Source: an uncultured Eubacteriales bacterium (GTDB lineage: Bacteria > Bacillota > Clostridia > Lachnospirales > JAISER01). From it: a DNA stretch of 64,000 bases. A program made the translations under genes and the position numbers. Below the pieces are notes generated by a model. It saw only the letters and a program-made list of their open reading frames with translations, was not told where the DNA came from and did no database searches. Every line of letters starts with the position of its first letter. The stretch's first letter is position 1. Below are positions 38,617 to 45,958 of this stretch, piece after piece. The stretch spans positions 46,721 to 110,720 of the forward strand of contig CAZCQP010000001.1 in the NCBI GenBank assembly GCA_964500895.1. Reading direction: 5' to 3'.

Positions 38617-39042
38617 TTAATTATTCAGATAATAGCAAGAGCCGCCCTGCCAACCCATGCCACGGCCGCCACAACCGCCGCCCATGCCACGGCCTGTGCC
38701 GTCACATAGTGCTTGATTGTCTTCAATGGCCTGAAGTATGGCGTCTGCTCTTTCCTGGGTGATGGTTCCTGCTTCTACCAATGCATTCAAGTTATCTTTT
38801 TTAATGGCAAGCATTTCCGCCTGGAATGCCTCCAGCTGCCCGGCTTCTGCTGCCATTGTGCCATAGGTTTTCCCGGTGGATGACCTTTCGGCTATAACGC
38901 TTTCAACGGTTCTGCCGGTAATGCCGGCCACTGCTTCTGCCGGCGTTTTGTAATCTGCTGCAAAAACCGTCAATGTGGTGACACCGATAGCCAGCACCAT
39001 TGCGCCTGCTGTCATTACCTTTTTGAAACTTGTCATTGTCAA
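38617..39042 (-). CDS. secreted 141-aa protein: helical DUF2680/YckD-like middle and Gly/Cys/Met-rich C-terminus
   Basis: Sec signal peptide ..LTVFA/AD. The middle has EAFQAEMLAIKKDNLNALVEAGTITQERADAILQAI. The tail is CDGTGRGMGGGCGGRGMGWQGGSCYYLNN. Confidence 0.75.
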   Translation of the reverse strand: MTMTSFKKVMTAGAMVLAIGVTTLTVFAADYKTPAEAVAGITGRTVESVIAERSSTGKTYGTMAAEAGQLEAFQAEMLAIKKDNLNALVEAGTITQERADAILQAIEDNQALCDGTGRGMGGGCGGRGMGWQGGSCYYLNN

Positions 39043-39082
39043 AACCTCCTTATAATTTATGAAGCGGTTTGTTTGTTTCTAT

Positions 39083-39130
39083 AGCATACCCTACCCCTAT
39101 GGCAAAACTGTGTTTTTATTTTTCTATTTT
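39083..39130 (-). promoter_or_regulatory. conserved activator-type promoter block (copy A)
   Basis: Minus-strand read: AAAATAGAAAAATAAAAACACAGTTTTGCCA, N11, TATGCT. TTTGCCA is at comp(39100..39106). Confidence 0.65.
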
Positions 39131-39170
39131 CGTGATGGTTTTGTGTAAAGTTCGTGCCCTTGTCACCTAT

Positions 39171-39205
39171 AAAAAAAGACTGCCAATCCTTTTGGGACCG
39201 GCAGT
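39171..39205 (-). terminator. intrinsic terminator after the 94-aa gene
   Basis: Minus-strand read: ACTGCC..loop..GGCAGT, then CTTTTTTT. Confidence 0.75.
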
Positions 39206-39224
39206 GTAAACGGGTGAGTTTTTT

Positions 39225-39509
39225 TTAGTTTGCTTGCGTTATATAGCAGGAACCGTCTCGGAGCATCATCCCACCCAAACCTCTGCCACCGCCGTTGCAA
39301 GCACCTGCACCTGTTCCTGTTCCGTTACAAACACCGTTGTTGGGGCAAACACCATCATTCACACACACACCGTTGTTTACACAAGCCCCCGGGTTAGTGC
39401 CCCAGCCCGCATTCGCTGGTCTGGCCACAGCGGCAAAAACCGTAAGTGACGTTGCACCTAAAACAAGCGCCATAGCCCCTACCGCAACAATCTTTTTCAT
39501 ACTGTTCAT
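39225..39509 (-). CDS. secreted 94-aa Cys/Asn/Gly-repeat protein
   Basis: Sec signal peptide ..LTVFA/AV. Core GACVNNGVCVNDGVCPNNGVCNGTGTGAGACNGGGRGLGG. Tail ..DGSCYITQAN, shared with the 141-aa protein. Confidence 0.75.
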   Translation of the reverse strand: MNSMKKIVAVGAMALVLGATSLTVFAAVARPANAGWGTNPGACVNNGVCVNDGVCPNNGVCNGTGTGAGACNGGGRGLGGMMLRDGSCYITQAN

Positions 39510-39549
39510 GAGATAAACCTCCTACTTCATTTATTTTTCAGTTGGCTGT

Positions 39550-39598
39550 AGTATACTTTTAAAATATGGCAAAAGTGTGTTTTTCTTTTTCTAATTTT
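39550..39598 (-). promoter_or_regulatory. conserved activator-type promoter block (copy B)
   Basis: Minus-strand read: AAAATTAGAAAAAGAAAAACACACTTTTGCCA, N11, TATACT. TTTGCCA is at comp(39567..39573). Overlaps the HK stop codon. Confidence 0.65.
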
Positions 39599-40910
39599 AT
39601 GGCAGTTCAAAGTGAAAGGTTGCGCCTTGCCCACCTAAACTTTGGGCAGTTAGGCGTATGCCATGCCTTTCGGCAATTTGTTTTGCAATGGCAAGCCCTA
39701 AACCTGTGCCCACCTTGTTGTCCTCTGTGCGGGATTTATAAAAACGGTCGAAAATGAACGGCAAGTGTTCTGGTGCAATGCCTGGGCCCTCGTCCTTCAC
39801 TGAAAGGCGGCTGCCAGAAAACGTAACAGAAACCACGCCCTTTTCCGGCGAAAACTTTATGGCATTGTCCAGCACAATTAAAAGCATTTGCCGAAGCCTG
39901 CCATAATCCCCGTACAACTGGCACCTGGGTTCATGTTTGCTCACTTGCAGGGCAACACCCTTCTTATTGGCAAGCTGCTCGGCGCTTCTCATAACATCTT
40001 CCAGCACGTCGCACATTGAAATGGCACTTTTTTCAATGACAAAATCCATGTTTTGCAAGCGGGATAAATCCAGCAAATCCCCCACCAACCGCTCCAAAAA
40101 CTTTGCCTCTCCCAGCATTTGCATGTGGTAGTGGGCCACCTTTTCCGGGTCTGTCACCACCTTGTCTGTAAGGGCTTCCAAAGAGCCACGCAGCACCGTT
40201 ACAGGTGTTTTAAGCTCGTGGGAAACATTGGCCACAAAATCCCGGCGTATTTTTTCAAGGCGCAGGGCATCGGCGGCTTCTTTCGCTGAAATGGGGTCTG
40301 TAAAACGCTTAGACAGCCAGATTGAAAGCAGAAACGAAACCACCAGGGCTAAGGTCATGCTAAGTAGCAGAATCATAATCCCCTGCCCCCACGCTGCGTT
40401 AATGCCGTGAACGGGAGAGTGCAGCAACACAACACCCAGCATGTTTCCCCCACTGTCCTTGATGGGAACACCTACCGTCAGCGTTAGTTCGGACAATAAT
40501 TTGCTGAAATCTTCGCTAAACACCGTTTTGTCTGAAAGCACCTGGTTAATGATTTGCTCTGCATTCTCCGGCAAGTCTCCAGAGCTATAACTTCTGCTCA
40601 TGGTGCTGTGCCCTCTGCACATGGTCATCACCCGGTTTTGTGCATCCACAATCCAAACATCTGCACCGGCAATGTCACCAATGAAACGCACATAGGCCCC
40701 ATAGCCCCCGTTCATATGGCCGTTTCCTACAGCATACTGGGAAAGTGTGCCTGCAATGGCGTTGGCACGGTCTTCCAACTGGGTTTTATGCAGGTTAACC
40801 GTGTGGCTCCTGAACAGCAGCACAAAAGCACAGCCAATGATAAGCGCAAAAATAAGCAGCGCCACAGCAAAGTAAAGGCTTAGCTTCCGGGCGATTTTGC
40901 TTTTAAGCAT
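39597..40910 (-). CDS. sensor histidine kinase
   Basis: 437 aa. Two TM segments flank an extracytoplasmic domain of about 150 aa. H-box SHELKTPVT, N-box and G-box GTGLGLAIAKQIAERHG. 8-nt overlap with the RR gene. Confidence 0.9.
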   Translation of the reverse strand: MLKSKIARKLSLYFAVALLIFALIIGCAFVLLFRSHTVNLHKTQLEDRANAIAGTLSQYAVGNGHMNGGYGAYVRFIGDIAGADVWIVDAQNRVMTMCRGHSTMSRSYSSGDLPENAEQIINQVLSDKTVFSEDFSKLLSELTLTVGVPIKDSGGNMLGVVLLHSPVHGINAAWGQGIMILLLSMTLALVVSFLLSIWLSKRFTDPISAKEAADALRLEKIRRDFVANVSHELKTPVTVLRGSLEALTDKVVTDPEKVAHYHMQMLGEAKFLERLVGDLLDLSRLQNMDFVIEKSAISMCDVLEDVMRSAEQLANKKGVALQVSKHEPRCQLYGDYGRLRQMLLIVLDNAIKFSPEKGVVSVTFSGSRLSVKDEGPGIAPEHLPFIFDRFYKSRTEDNKVGTGLGLAIAKQIAERHGIRLTAQSLGGQGATFHFELP

Positions 40911-41592
40911 TTTTCACCACCTCAAATTTATAGCCCACGCCCCAAATGGTTTTAATTTCCCAGGCCGGATGGCTGTATTCATCCAACTTGGCCCGTAAAC
41001 GCTTTATGTGGCTGTCCACCGTGCGGTTGTCTCCAAAATAATCGTAGCCCCACAGGCTGTTTAGCAGGTTGTCCCTTGAAAACACCTTGTTTGTGCTGGT
41101 GGCCAGTGTCCATAAAATTTCGATTTCCTTTTTGGTTAGGGAAACCCCTTTACCCTCAATAGTTACTGTATAATCGTCCAGGTTAATCACCAAATTGTCC
41201 AATACAAACCGCTGAGCCGCCTTTTCCTCACGGGTAATCCGGCGCATGATGGCTTTCACCCGGGCCATCACTTCCCCGGGGGAAAAAGGTTTGACAATGT
41301 AGTCGTCCGCCCCAATTTCCAGCCCCATAATTTTTTCAAAGTCCTCACCCCGGGCTGTAACCATGATGATGGGCACGTTGGATGTTTTACGAATATCCCG
41401 GCACACTTCAAAGCCGTCTTTTTTGGGCATCATCACGTCCAGCAGCAAAATGTCTGGCTTTTCTGCTTCAAACTTTTGAATGGCATCCACACCATCCAGG
41501 GCGGTGATGGTTGCGTAACCTTCTTTCTTGGCGTATTCCTCCAAAATAGAGGTGATTTGTTTATGGTCATCCACAATTAAAATTTTCAACAT
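40903..41592 (-). CDS. OmpR-family response regulator
   Basis: Receiver (IVDDHKQ, LLDVMMPKKDG, TARG, KPF) plus a winged-helix domain (RTVDSHIKRLRAKL, IWGVGYKF). Confidence 0.92.
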   Translation of the reverse strand: MLKILIVDDHKQITSILEEYAKKEGYATITALDGVDAIQKFEAEKPDILLLDVMMPKKDGFEVCRDIRKTSNVPIIMVTARGEDFEKIMGLEIGADDYIVKPFSPGEVMARVKAIMRRITREEKAAQRFVLDNLVINLDDYTVTIEGKGVSLTKKEIEILWTLATSTNKVFSRDNLLNSLWGYDYFGDNRTVDSHIKRLRAKLDEYSHPAWEIKTIWGVGYKFEVVKNA

Positions 41593-41615
41593 AAAGGCCC
41601 CCCTTTATAAAAACC

Positions 41616-41655
41616 ATTTTACCACACATTTGTGGCAAATTTATGTTTTTTATGA
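41616..41655 (-). promoter_or_regulatory. promoter of the TCS operon carrying the same block (copy C)
   Basis: Minus-strand read: AAAAAACATAAATTTGCCA, N11, TAAAAT (TGg extended -10). TTTGCCA is at comp(41633..41639). Confidence 0.6.
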
Positions 41656-41665
41656 TACGGGCAAC

Positions 41666-41698
41666 AAAAAACCCCACCATGCTTATGGCATAGCGGGG
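41666..41698 (-). terminator. intrinsic terminator after the lipoprotein gene
   Basis: Minus-strand read: CCCCGCTATGC-loop-GCATGGTGGGG, then TTTTTT. Confidence 0.8.
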
Positions 41699-41719
41699 TG
41701 TGTCTGTAGGCATTAAAGA

Positions 41720-42385
41720 TTATTCTGCGTAAGGTTTAAAGGTTTGCAGCAGCGTTTCAGCTTCTGCTTTGGTGTCGTCCATATACGTGCTGATGATGCA
41801 TTGGGCACGCTTATCTTGAACAAGAATCATGTAATCTTGGTAAATTTTGAGGCCTTCCATTTCAAGCACTGCCGGCAAAATTGTGTAGTTTTGGCCTAAA
41901 AATTCTTTGGTGTAGGCCTCTTCAAATGTGTAAGGCATACCTAAGGATTCCAGAACGCCTTTAAGGCTTTCTATGTATTGTTCTTCTTTAATGTTGGATA
42001 ACATCAGTTTTTCTGTCATAACAGAAATGTTTGGAACGCCTTGCATGTTGGAAACCATCATTTCGTACACGGTGTTGGCCTTGGAAAAGTCAATGACAGC
42101 TTGAGAGCCATCCAGTTGTTCAGCACCCAAGTCTGATAATTCAATTAAGTCTTCTTCAGTAGCCATCACGTAACCTTCTGGCATTTCAAAAGACATATTT
42201 AAGTATTCACTTTTAAAGGAGTTTTCGGTCAATGTCCCTCTGACATATTCCACTTTTTTTGCGCCGCCCGCTGCCTCGCCATCTGTTTTTTCTTTTGAAC
42301 ATGCAGAAGTCGCCAATGTTACCCCCACCATCAACATGCACAGTAAAGCTTTTTGTAACTTTTTCAATCCATTCATTCCTTTCAA
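41720..42385 (-). CDS. hypothetical lipoprotein
   Basis: 221 aa with lipobox LATSAC. No motif that I recognise. Confidence 0.6.
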   Translation of the reverse strand: MKGMNGLKKLQKALLCMLMVGVTLATSACSKEKTDGEAAGGAKKVEYVRGTLTENSFKSEYLNMSFEMPEGYVMATEEDLIELSDLGAEQLDGSQAVIDFSKANTVYEMMVSNMQGVPNISVMTEKLMLSNIKEEQYIESLKGVLESLGMPYTFEEAYTKEFLGQNYTILPAVLEMEGLKIYQDYMILVQDKRAQCIISTYMDDTKAEAETLLQTFKPYAE

Positions 42386-42480
42386 ATTTTAATCCTAGCT
42401 ATCATAACATACTCTTTATAGGAATGCAAACCCATGTGCCATATTTTTCCTAAGCCATCCTCAACAAACGCTACATTTAC

Positions 42481-42930
42481 TTATTTACCGAAATTTATGG
42501 GAATGCAGCCAGCATCTTGCATATTCAGCTTTGCTATAATCATATCTATCTTTTCTAGAGCACAATCTAACCCTTGCCTGGCAGCCTTAGCATACCAATA
42601 ATAGGCCGCCTTAAAATCTTGTGATTTTTCATGTAAAAGGCCTAAATTAAATTGTGCTTGTGGATGGCCCTTTTCTGCCGCTATTGCATATAGTTTGGCA
42701 GCAGTGGCATAATTTTGTTCCGTCCCATAACCAAGCTCACTGAGATAGCCTAAACTGTAAATGGCATCCATATGCCCTTGGTCAGCTGCTTTTTTAAACC
42801 ATTTAACAGCTTCTGCATAATTTTTTTCTACGCCTTGCCCTGAAAAATAAAGTTTTGCTAAATTACTCTGTGCAACAGCTTCTCCATTTGTAGCCCGCTT
42901 GATTATTTCTTGTATCATTTCAGCTGTCAT
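42481..42930 (-). CDS. Sel1-repeat (TPR-like) protein
   Basis: Three to four Sel1 units (AQSNLAKLYFSGQGVEKNYAEAVKWFKKAADQG; AIYSLGYL..NYATAAKLYAIAAEKG; AQFNLGLL..AAYYWYAKAARQG). Start trimmed to the ATG at comp(42928..42930), behind AAGGGGGAAAG. Confidence 0.8.
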   Translation of the reverse strand: MTAEMIQEIIKRATNGEAVAQSNLAKLYFSGQGVEKNYAEAVKWFKKAADQGHMDAIYSLGYLSELGYGTEQNYATAAKLYAIAAEKGHPQAQFNLGLLHEKSQDFKAAYYWYAKAARQGLDCALEKIDMIIAKLNMQDAGCIPINFGK

Positions 42931-42972
42931 GAACTTTCCCCCTTTTGATTTATAAAGCATATGGACGGACAT

Positions 42973-44355
42973 TTAGAATTTGTATTCATGGCGTTGTGAT
43001 AAACCTTTTTCAATTTCACTTTTAAGCATTTTGGAAAACGCATTTGATGGCGGTGACAAGCCTATCCATACACGCGGATATTTCACAAGCTTTTGAACTT
43101 TTAGAAGAACATCATCATTGTAATGTTCAAGGCTATTCAGTCTGGATAATTCATGCTCCAACTGAACCAGATAATTGGCATCATCATTCGTAAAGAGTCT
43201 TGAAAACAAATGAGCATGCATACAACTTATGACATCGTCCAAAAAACTTGAAACATTGTTTGCAGACCTAAGCCAGACCCACGCCTGTAACGAATGCATG
43301 AAGCACCCGTAAAGCTGTTGGTTAGATAAAATGTTGTACATGGTTTTTGCATACATCAATCTGTCCCAATGCAACGTTACTTTTCTATTTACAGGCTCCG
43401 AGTAATCACTAAGCAAATCTTGGGGCGCCAATATCTTTTCGTACAATCCTATGTAGCTTTCAGACAGCAGCTTATGAATGTCTGGAATGTCCAAAACACG
43501 CCCCCACGCATTGTCTGGCTCTAGTTGTATTGCCTGTGGTAATAACGGCGGCCACCCGTACTGCACCAACCGGTAGACATCAAACGTATAGCCCATTGTA
43601 TATTTTAAGTATGCCAAGAGCAAACACGCAAATTGACTATAATGTTCATCAATAGCGGCAGCGTTAGATGGTTTATCAAATGGAATTTTTAAAACAGTTG
43701 TTTGTTCACGCCCCGTTTCTCCTAGCCCCCATGTGGTTAGGGACACACAAGCCGTATGCATCACCATATTGGCATCAATGATAACCACCGGCAGACCCTT
43801 AAGCGCAAAGTAGAGGTTTTCGTTAATGCCACCTCCGCTTATGTCACCCATAAACGCATTGTGGTAAAAGATGATATGCTTTGCATTCAGCTGGTTCTGA
43901 TAAATTTCTGCAAATTCACGCAAGCCCTGTTCTACTAACGGGTAGACATATTTTTTGAAATCCTGGTTGTCGCTATGTGTAAAAAAAACACGCAAACATA
44001 CCGTTCCGTCAGACAATAACTGATTTTTACGAATGACATCAGGCGGTGTAATTAAAGGCCATTGGCTCATAAATTTTTGCCATTCGGCAGTTTTGCACAT
44101 ATTTTCAAAATTCAATTCCTGTTCCTTCACCCGATACTGATGTCTTTCTAGCTCCAGGTCATGTTGTAAAGCCACGTTTTTTTCATGCATTTCCTTTTGA
44201 AAATTTTGCCGGTTACTTTCAATATAAAACGTAAGCTGTCTGTTTTCTTCTGCTTGTTCTTTTGAATGTTTTCTTTGTGCATAGTCTCTAAAACAGTTTA
44301 CAACATTATTAAGACCGGCTGAAATCAGCACTGCTGTTGCCATTATCTCCGACAT
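42973..44355 (-). CDS. 460-aa hypothetical protein (N-terminal hydrophobic segment plus charged coiled-coil-like region)
   Basis: Start at MSEIMATAV.. behind GGGAGG. I could not assign any family. AT-rich codon usage. Confidence 0.65.
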   Translation of the reverse strand: MSEIMATAVLISAGLNNVVNCFRDYAQRKHSKEQAEENRQLTFYIESNRQNFQKEMHEKNVALQHDLELERHQYRVKEQELNFENMCKTAEWQKFMSQWPLITPPDVIRKNQLLSDGTVCLRVFFTHSDNQDFKKYVYPLVEQGLREFAEIYQNQLNAKHIIFYHNAFMGDISGGGINENLYFALKGLPVVIIDANMVMHTACVSLTTWGLGETGREQTTVLKIPFDKPSNAAAIDEHYSQFACLLLAYLKYTMGYTFDVYRLVQYGWPPLLPQAIQLEPDNAWGRVLDIPDIHKLLSESYIGLYEKILAPQDLLSDYSEPVNRKVTLHWDRLMYAKTMYNILSNQQLYGCFMHSLQAWVWLRSANNVSSFLDDVISCMHAHLFSRLFTNDDANYLVQLEHELSRLNSLEHYNDDVLLKVQKLVKYPRVWIGLSPPSNAFSKMLKSEIEKGLSQRHEYKF

Positions 44356-44396
44356 TGCACACCTCCCATCAATCAAGTGTGTCGTCCGTGTAATGA

Positions 44397-44687
44397 TTAC
44401 ATATCGCTACATATCGCATCTATGACTTCACTCACACCGTGTTCAACAACGGACAAAAACCCATCTTCTACAATATTTGGGGGTACATCTTCCGCAGCAA
44501 TAGGTTGGTCATGCACCGAAACGTGCCCGTTTTGATTACCAAAAGTAATAACGTCACTTAAAGGGTAGTCTTTTTGCATTGACATCGCATTGTGCACATC
44601 TTCATTGAATGGATTTGTAGCATTCCATTTCATTGTTTCCATGCATATCTGTTGATTGCTTAGCCGTACCGACAGTTTCAAAGGCAT
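44397..44687 (-). CDS. small acidic hypothetical protein (start uncertain)
   Basis: 96-aa ORF with no convincing RBS at any in-frame Met. A competing 35-aa ORF in another frame (44602..44709) has a better RBS. Confidence 0.35.
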   Translation of the reverse strand: MPLKLSVRLSNQQICMETMKWNATNPFNEDVHNAMSMQKDYPLSDVITFGNQNGHVSVHDQPIAAEDVPPNIVEDGFLSVVEHGVSEVIDAICSDM

Positions 44688-44735
44688 TTTTTAGTACATC
44701 AAACATCATACCACGCCCCTTTTTTATTTACAGCT

Positions 44736-44764
44736 AGCATACCATACGTGCCGTAAGATTTCAA
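44736..44764 (-). promoter_or_regulatory. sigma-A type promoter for the AT-rich island operon
   Basis: Minus-strand read: TTGAAA, 17 nt spacer, TATGCT, with TGg (extended -10). Confidence 0.5.
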
Positions 44765-44854
44765 CCGACATATTGTTAATTTAATTAATTTTCAAGCATT
44801 TTTAATGAACAATACGTATCATTTTACCGCTATCTGTTTCCTCGTTCATAAACA

Positions 44855-44883
44855 TTGACAGCCATTTTTAATGGTGCTATAAT
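44855..44883 (+). promoter_or_regulatory. near-consensus sigma-A promoter
   Basis: TTGACA (44855..44860), 17 nt spacer, TATAAT (44878..44883), preceded by TGc. Confidence 0.7.
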
Positions 44884-44900
44884 ATAATGAATTAATCGGG

Positions 44901-44951
44901 CCATGAAGGTCTCTGCTGTTGCGAACAACGGCGTGTCCTTGTGGTTTTTTT
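44901..44951 (+). terminator. terminator-like hairpin plus T7 run inside the 5' leader
   Basis: CCATGAAGG..GCTGTTG-CGAA-CAACGGC..CCTTGTGG, followed by TTTTTTT (44945..44951). It starts about 10 nt after the predicted TSS and ends about 55 nt before the ATG. Confidence 0.55.
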
Positions 44952-45006
44952 ATATTTATACATAATATTACGTTTAATCCATATTAAAAACTTAGGAGGA
45001 ATTACA

Positions 45007-45267
45007 ATGTGTGACACCAATCATTCAAACGCAACATTATCCAATGCCCAACGGGCCCACGATTTGGCTATGCAATGCGTTTCTGGTATGACAAAGAGTG
45101 CTGAAACACCGGACTTACAAGGCATTGCCGATGCCTATTTAAAAGCGTACATCTTTTTTTGGGATGCTTTAAATGACTATGTGCGCAAGCAAAGTGATGA
45201 AATTGCAAAGGAACATGCCCATGCCCACGGCCACGGCCATCATCATCACCACCATCACCACGAATAG
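45007..45267 (+). CDS. 86-aa protein with Cys2 and a C-terminal HAHAHGHGHHHHHHHH tail (putative metal-binding)
   Basis: RBS AGGAGGA. Sequence MCDTNHS...KEHAHAHGHGHHHHHHHHE. The His tract is encoded at 45214..45264. Confidence 0.7.
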   Translation: MCDTNHSNATLSNAQRAHDLAMQCVSGMTKSAETPDLQGIADAYLKAYIFFWDALNDYVRKQSDEIAKEHAHAHGHGHHHHHHHHE

Positions 45268-45308
45268 GATGGTTGGATAGGCAGGCATAAAAGCAACAAA
45301 AGAAAAGG

Positions 45309-45740
45309 GTGGTTGTGCTGAACATTCTGGTCATAGACGGCCAAGGGGGCGGCATTGGAAAAGCTGTCATCGAAAGGCTTAAAAACACTTTTGGAGAAAC
45401 CATTCACCTTACCGCAGTGGGAACAAACGCTTTGGCAACGGCTCAGATGTTGAAAGCAGGGGCCAATGACGGTGCTTCCGGCGAAAGTGCCGTCATTTAT
45501 AATTGCAAAAAAGCCGACATTATTATTGGTTCTGTGTCAATCCTTGTAACCGATGCTTTTTTGGGGGAACTCACCTGCAAAATGGCGGAAGCCATTTCGC
45601 AAAGCAACGCCACCAAGCTTTTAATCCCCCTTAACCGCAACAAAATTGAGATAGCGGGCAATGCTTTAAAGCCTTTGCCCCACTATATTGATGACGTTTT
45701 AGAATTTATTCAATGTAAAACAGGTGAAAAACATGTGTGA
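45309..45740 (+). CDS. DUF3842-like protein
   Basis: 143 aa. ILVIDGQGGGIGKAVIERLK.. matches my recollection of DUF3842. The start could be the GTG at 45315. Confidence 0.6.
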   Translation: MVVLNILVIDGQGGGIGKAVIERLKNTFGETIHLTAVGTNALATAQMLKAGANDGASGESAVIYNCKKADIIIGSVSILVTDAFLGELTCKMAEAISQSNATKLLIPLNRNKIEIAGNALKPLPHYIDDVLEFIQCKTGEKHV

Positions 45741-45921
45741 AGCCAATGCATATATTATAAACAAAAACGGGGAAGAATGCCTTTTTCTGGAAGCGGTGGA
45801 TTCGATTACAGAAACGGAAGGCGGCCTGCTTTTGGAAAACATTTTTTGTGAGCGCAAAGTCTTTAACGGGCGCATTAAAGCGCTGGCGTTGGTGTCTCAT
45901 AAAATTATTTTGGAAGAATGA
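45733..45921 (+). CDS. cooT: CooT-family nickel-binding protein
   Basis: 62 aa starting MCEANAYI... The size and N-terminal Cys2 are typical of CooT. 8-nt overlap with the preceding gene. RBS AGGTGA. Confidence 0.7.
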   Translation: MCEANAYIINKNGEECLFLEAVDSITETEGGLLLENIFCERKVFNGRIKALALVSHKIILEE

Positions 45922-45958
45922 TGCCCAGATGCTACCGGCCGCAGAAGGAGGTATCATT

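Noticed and set aside
39225-39509. Reading the Cys/Gly/Asn-rich 94-aa protein as a RiPP (thiazole/oxazole microcin-type) precursor.
   Set aside because: It has a standard Sec signal peptide rather than a RiPP leader. No cyclodehydratase/YcaO, dehydrogenase or dedicated exporter gene lies nearby. The idea is retained only as a remote alternative.
44602-44709. An alternative 35-aa ORF (MMFDVLKNAFETVGTAKQSTDMHGNNEMECYKSIQ) overlapping the 96-aa ORF in another frame. It has a better RBS (AAGGGG).
   Set aside because: It is not rejected outright. It cannot be decided from sequence which of the two, if either, is translated. I kept the longer ORF as a low-confidence feature and flagged the ambiguity.
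44890-45006. Possibility that the leader of the His-tail/CooT operon is a NiCo (czcD-type) riboswitch.
   Set aside because: The NiCo aptamer is a four-way junction of about 90 nt. Only about 10 nt precede the single extended hairpin here, so the architecture does not fit. It is kept only as a generic attenuator or sRNA candidate.
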